Assembly (NCBI GenBank): GCA_046757165.1
Contig: JBHHXT010000179.1
Coordinates: 1-10,201 of the forward strand
Direction: 5' to 3'
Length of the DNA: 10,201 nt
Origin: a bacterium
Lineage (GTDB): Bacteria; Zhuqueibacterota; Zhuqueibacteria; Oceanimicrobiales; Oceanimicrobiaceae
Part shown: piece by piece, positions 7,075 through 10,201 of the stretch
Layout of the letters: each line of letters opens with the position of its first letter
Numbering within the stretch: position 1 is the first letter of the stretch
Program-made: the position numbers and the translations under genes
Notes under the pieces: model-generated
What the model was told of the DNA's origin: nothing
Seen by the model: only the letters and a program-made list of their open reading frames with translations
Database searches by the model: none

Positions 7075-8181
7075 GTGAACATCCTGATCATCGAGCCCTA
7101 TTTGACCGGCTCGCACAAGGCCTGGGCGGAAGGCTACCAGAAGCACAGCCGCCATCGCATCGACCTTCTGAGCCTTCCGGGCAATTTTTGGAAGTGGCGC
7201 ATGCATGGCGGCGCGGTCACGCTGGCGCGGGAGTTTCTCTGCAAAGACCTGAAGCCCGATGTGCTGCTCGTCACCGACATGCTGGACCTGACGACCTTTC
7301 TGGCATTGACGCGCAAAAAGACCACTGGCATTGCGACGGCGGTCTATTTTCATGAAAATCAGCTCGCCTACCCCTGGTCCCCGCAGGACCGGGATGTGCA
7401 GAAAAGTCGCGACAGCCACTACGGCTTCATCAACTACACAACGGCGCTTGCCGCGGATCGTGTTTTCTTCAATTCGAGCTACAATCAGAAAAGCTTCCTG
7501 AACGAATTGCAGCGCTTCCTCAAACACTTCCCCGACCACAAGGACCTGCGGAATGTGGAGAGAATCAGGGCCAAAAGTACAGTCCTTCCCCTGGGCCTCG
7601 ACTTGGCCCGGTTTGACCGGCATAAACGTGAAGCCCGCGAGTTGAACCCCAAAACACCGCTCGTGCTCTGGAATCACCGCTGGGAGTTTGACAAGAATCC
7701 GGGAGAGTTTTTCAAGGCCTTGTTCCGCCTGGCCGACAAGGGGTTGGATTTTGAGGTCGCGCTGCTGGGCGAGTGCTTCAGCCGTCAGCCGGAAGCGTTC
7801 TTGCAGGCACGGGAGAGGCTGGGTGCACGCATTGTGCATTTTGGCTACTGTGAGGGGGAGGCCGAGTACGCAAGCTGGCTCTGGCGCGCCGATCTTTTGC
7901 CGGTGACCTCGAACCAGGATTTTTTCGGCGCCAGCGTGGCAGAAGCGATCGCCTGCGGCTGCCATCCAATCCTGCCGCGACGCCTGGCTTATCCGGAGCT
8001 AATTCCCGCAGAGCTGCACAACGAGATCCTCTACGACACGTTTGATGAGCTGCTGAATCGGCTCGAGGCCGCCATTGTTGCCGTTGTGCCCAAGGACGAG
8101 CGCCTGGCGCGCGCTGTTCGACAGTTTGACTGGCAAACGATGGCACAGCGGTACGACGATGCCTTTCAACGCATGATATAG
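7075..8181 (+). CDS. DUF3524-domain GT4-like glycosyltransferase, homolog of GTDC1/QTMAN (tRNA-queuosine alpha-mannosyltransferase)
   Basis: Contains ILIIEPYLTGSHK, LPGNFWKWRM, YFHENQLAYP, ADRVFFNS, LWNHRWEFDKNP and the GT4 nucleotide-sugar motif DFFGASVAEAIACG. GTG 7075 is preferred because 7012-7074 reads through a repeat remnant. Confidence 0.85.
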   Translation: MNILIIEPYLTGSHKAWAEGYQKHSRHRIDLLSLPGNFWKWRMHGGAVTLAREFLCKDLKPDVLLVTDMLDLTTFLALTRKKTTGIATAVYFHENQLAYPWSPQDRDVQKSRDSHYGFINYTTALAADRVFFNSSYNQKSFLNELQRFLKHFPDHKDLRNVERIRAKSTVLPLGLDLARFDRHKREARELNPKTPLVLWNHRWEFDKNPGEFFKALFRLADKGLDFEVALLGECFSRQPEAFLQARERLGARIVHFGYCEGEAEYASWLWRADLLPVTSNQDFFGASVAEAIACGCHPILPRRLAYPELIPAELHNEILYDTFDELLNRLEAAIVAVVPKDERLARAVRQFDWQTMAQRYDDAFQRMI

Positions 8182-8319
8182 ACGTGTCGTCGAAAAGGGG
8201 TATTCAATCTCAGGCCAATAAGCGCAGATCCGCACCACTTCTCATCTTTTGCATTTTTGGGCAACAAATAAGAAGAAGTAACACAAGCCTGCATTTTGGG
8301 CAAGACGAAAACAAACAAA

Positions 8320-8349
8320 CTCTGCGATCTTGGCGGCCTCGGCGTGAGA
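8320..8349 (+). repeat. Half-copy of the CTTTGCG-triplet repeat family
   Basis: CTCTGCG (8320), CTTGGCG (8329) and CTCGGCG (8338) recur at 9-bp period followed by TGAGA, mirroring CTTTGCG..CTTCGCG..CTTTGCG-TGAAA at 5215-5242. Confidence 0.5.
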
Positions 8350-8374
8350 TTAAATGCGTAATAGTGTTTCCGAA

Positions 8375-9889
8375 TTAGCGTACTAAGTCCTGAAGTGTCG
8401 CGGCCGCCCCATCCCGACGCGAATCCCCGGCCCCTTCACCGAGCGCTGAGGCTGCGTGGACGCCGCCAAAATAGACATCTTTGACCTGCCAGACATTCAC
8501 AGGCCACCTCTGCTTCAATTCTGCCAGGATCTCTGGCTCAAACCCTGGCTCGATCTGGACAAGGTCACCATCCCAGTGCAAACGTGGCGATTCGATGGCC
8601 TCATGGATGTTCATCCCAAAATCGATGACATTGCTCAACACTTGCAGCAGTGCGGTCCGGATTCGTTTGCTGCCGCCGCTGCCAACAACCAGGCAAACCC
8701 GGTTTTCTTTCAGGAGCACAGATGGTGACATCATGGAGGCGACTCTCAATCCTGGCGGGCTGGCGTGAAAGCCATCGGGGTGCAGATCATCTTCTCCCAT
8801 CATGTTGTTGAGCATGATACCGGTGCCGGGGACAACGTAGCCGGAGCCTTCACCGTTGGAACACGATAGGCTGGCCGCATTCCCCTCCTGATCGACAATA
8901 CTCACGTGGGTCGTCCCGCCAAACGCCCTTCTGACTGCTTCCACGCTGAGCGATAGACGGTCATCTGAATTCTCCCCCTGCAAAAGCCCGTGCCGTTCTC
9001 GGCTCCGGTGCACTTCCTGCATGAGGGTGATCAGACCTGCAAGATGTGACAGGGTGCCAAACTCCGGGGCTTCCACCATGCCTCTCTGGAGCAAGAGCAG
9101 GGAGTAGGCCAGGAGTGCGCCCCCAAATGAAGGCGGAGGATTGGTCAGGAGCTGATAATGACGATAGGTCCGGGTTAAGGGCTTCCTTTCGATCACGTGA
9201 TACGACGAGAAATCTTCGCGGGTCAGCAGCCCGCCGTGTTCACGCATATCACTGGCGATCTGCTGCGCCAGCTCTCCTTCATAGAAGGGTCTGTCGCCTG
9301 CTGCAGGCAGGATTTCCAGAAAAGATGCCAGGTCCCGGTTGACATAGCGGTCGCCTTCACGAAGAAACTCGCCGCCTGGGGCAAAAATATTCTTCGCGCC
9401 CTGCGTCAGCGTCATGATGGGGTGTAGCAGGTCGAGTACATAGGCCTGCGTCCTGTTCAGCGGCACGCCGTCACGAGCGAGCTGCACGGCCGGTGCGATG
9501 ACCTCTTGCAAAGGTAACCGCCCGAGAGCCCGATGCGTATACAGAAGACCGCGGAGCGTGCCGGGAACCGCCGCAGAACCCTGGCCCACATTAAAGACCT
9601 GTTCCGAGCCCGGGAAGTGGACCGTTACGGGCAAAAAGTGTGGTTGTAAGTCCTGGGTTTGCAGCCCTCGTCCAGGCGTATCCGCAAAAAAGTCGTACAA
9701 TACAGCCTTGCCGTTGGTTGGCCGGGCCAGAAGAAACCCGCCGCCCCCGAGGCTGGTGAGCGGGGGTTCGGCGACGACCGAGGCAAATCCTGCCGCGACC
9801 ACTGCATCGAAGGCATTGCCCCCATTTTTCAAGGTTTCGCATGCCGCTTCAGTGACTCGAATGTGTCCGCTTGCAACAACCGGTTTCAT
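8375..9889 (-). CDS. Gamma-glutamyltransferase family (Ntn-hydrolase) protein
   Basis: Contains GGNAFDAVVAA, TSLGGGGF, AVPGTLRGL, PPPSFGG-like (NPPPSFGG), the catalytic Thr in GTTHVSIVDQEGN, GIMLNNMM, SMMSP, GSGGS.RI and GDSRRDG. No signal peptide. SD TAAGGA lies upstream. Confidence 0.92.
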   Translation of the reverse strand: MKPVVASGHIRVTEAACETLKNGGNAFDAVVAAGFASVVAEPPLTSLGGGGFLLARPTNGKAVLYDFFADTPGRGLQTQDLQPHFLPVTVHFPGSEQVFNVGQGSAAVPGTLRGLLYTHRALGRLPLQEVIAPAVQLARDGVPLNRTQAYVLDLLHPIMTLTQGAKNIFAPGGEFLREGDRYVNRDLASFLEILPAAGDRPFYEGELAQQIASDMREHGGLLTREDFSSYHVIERKPLTRTYRHYQLLTNPPPSFGGALLAYSLLLLQRGMVEAPEFGTLSHLAGLITLMQEVHRSRERHGLLQGENSDDRLSLSVEAVRRAFGGTTHVSIVDQEGNAASLSCSNGEGSGYVVPGTGIMLNNMMGEDDLHPDGFHASPPGLRVASMMSPSVLLKENRVCLVVGSGGSKRIRTALLQVLSNVIDFGMNIHEAIESPRLHWDGDLVQIEPGFEPEILAELKQRWPVNVWQVKDVYFGGVHAASALGEGAGDSRRDGAAATLQDLVR

Positions 9890-10080
9890 GCTCGCATCCT
9901 TACGATAATTTGGGTGTTGTCAAAAGTTTGTTCACCTCGTAATATCTAAGTGCTGAATTCAAGATACTTATACAGCTCACCCACACCATCCGCCTGCACC
10001 AATAGACCGCAACGCGGTCAAACATCACAGCTTTGTCATCACGCGACCAGGTCGCACTGATTCCCCTTGGCGAGATTCGA

Positions 10081-10200
10081 TCAGGCAGCAAAGCGTAAGA
10101 TCTCGACTTCGGCGCCATTCTTGACGGCGGACTCGGCCCGGTGCAACAGGGTTGCAGTGATTTCTTCAGATAGGTGGTACTCGGACAATTGCCTCTGCAA
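10081..10200 (-). CDS. 3' end of an unknown CDS running in from the window edge
   Basis: The open frame LQRQLSEYHLSEEITATLLHRAESAVKNGAEVEILRFAA* has protein-like amphipathic composition. It is truncated by the window. Confidence 0.5.
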   Translation of the reverse strand: MQRQLSEYHLSEEITATLLHRAESAVKNGAEVEILRFAA

Positions 10201-10201
10201 G

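Noticed and set aside
6922..7965. 347-aa antisense ORF
   Set aside because: It is a shadow of the well-supported glycosyltransferase in GC-rich coding DNA.
9895..9923. Minus-strand TTGACA promoter for the GGT gene
   Set aside because: There is no acceptable -10 at canonical spacing. That position is occupied by the SD-like TAAGGA.
9900..10118. 72-aa minus-strand ORF
   Set aside because: It overlaps the better frame ending at 10081 and runs through AT-rich intergenic DNA with no motif support.

Overview
Bacterial window with GC-rich coding regions and AT-richer, repeat-filled intergenic spacers. On the + strand it carries mnmA, thiD, a solitary ECF S-component, a TonB-dependent receptor, a HinT-like HIT hydrolase, a lipoprotein alpha/beta hydrolase and a DUF3524/GTDC1(QTMAN)-like glycosyltransferase. 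On the - strand it carries a gamma-glutamyltransferase-family gene and the 3' end of an unknown CDS. The most unusual signal is non-coding. A 113-bp inverted repeat (1467-1579 / 5288-5400, 7 mismatches) brackets the thiD-S-component-TonB receptor vitamin-uptake cassette. Several spacers also hold short elements built from 8-10-bp-periodic motif runs (CACGAAG, CGCAAAG, CGGAT), which are apparently nested inside each other at 5107-5460 and start at host stop codons. No transposase or recombinase is present in the window.
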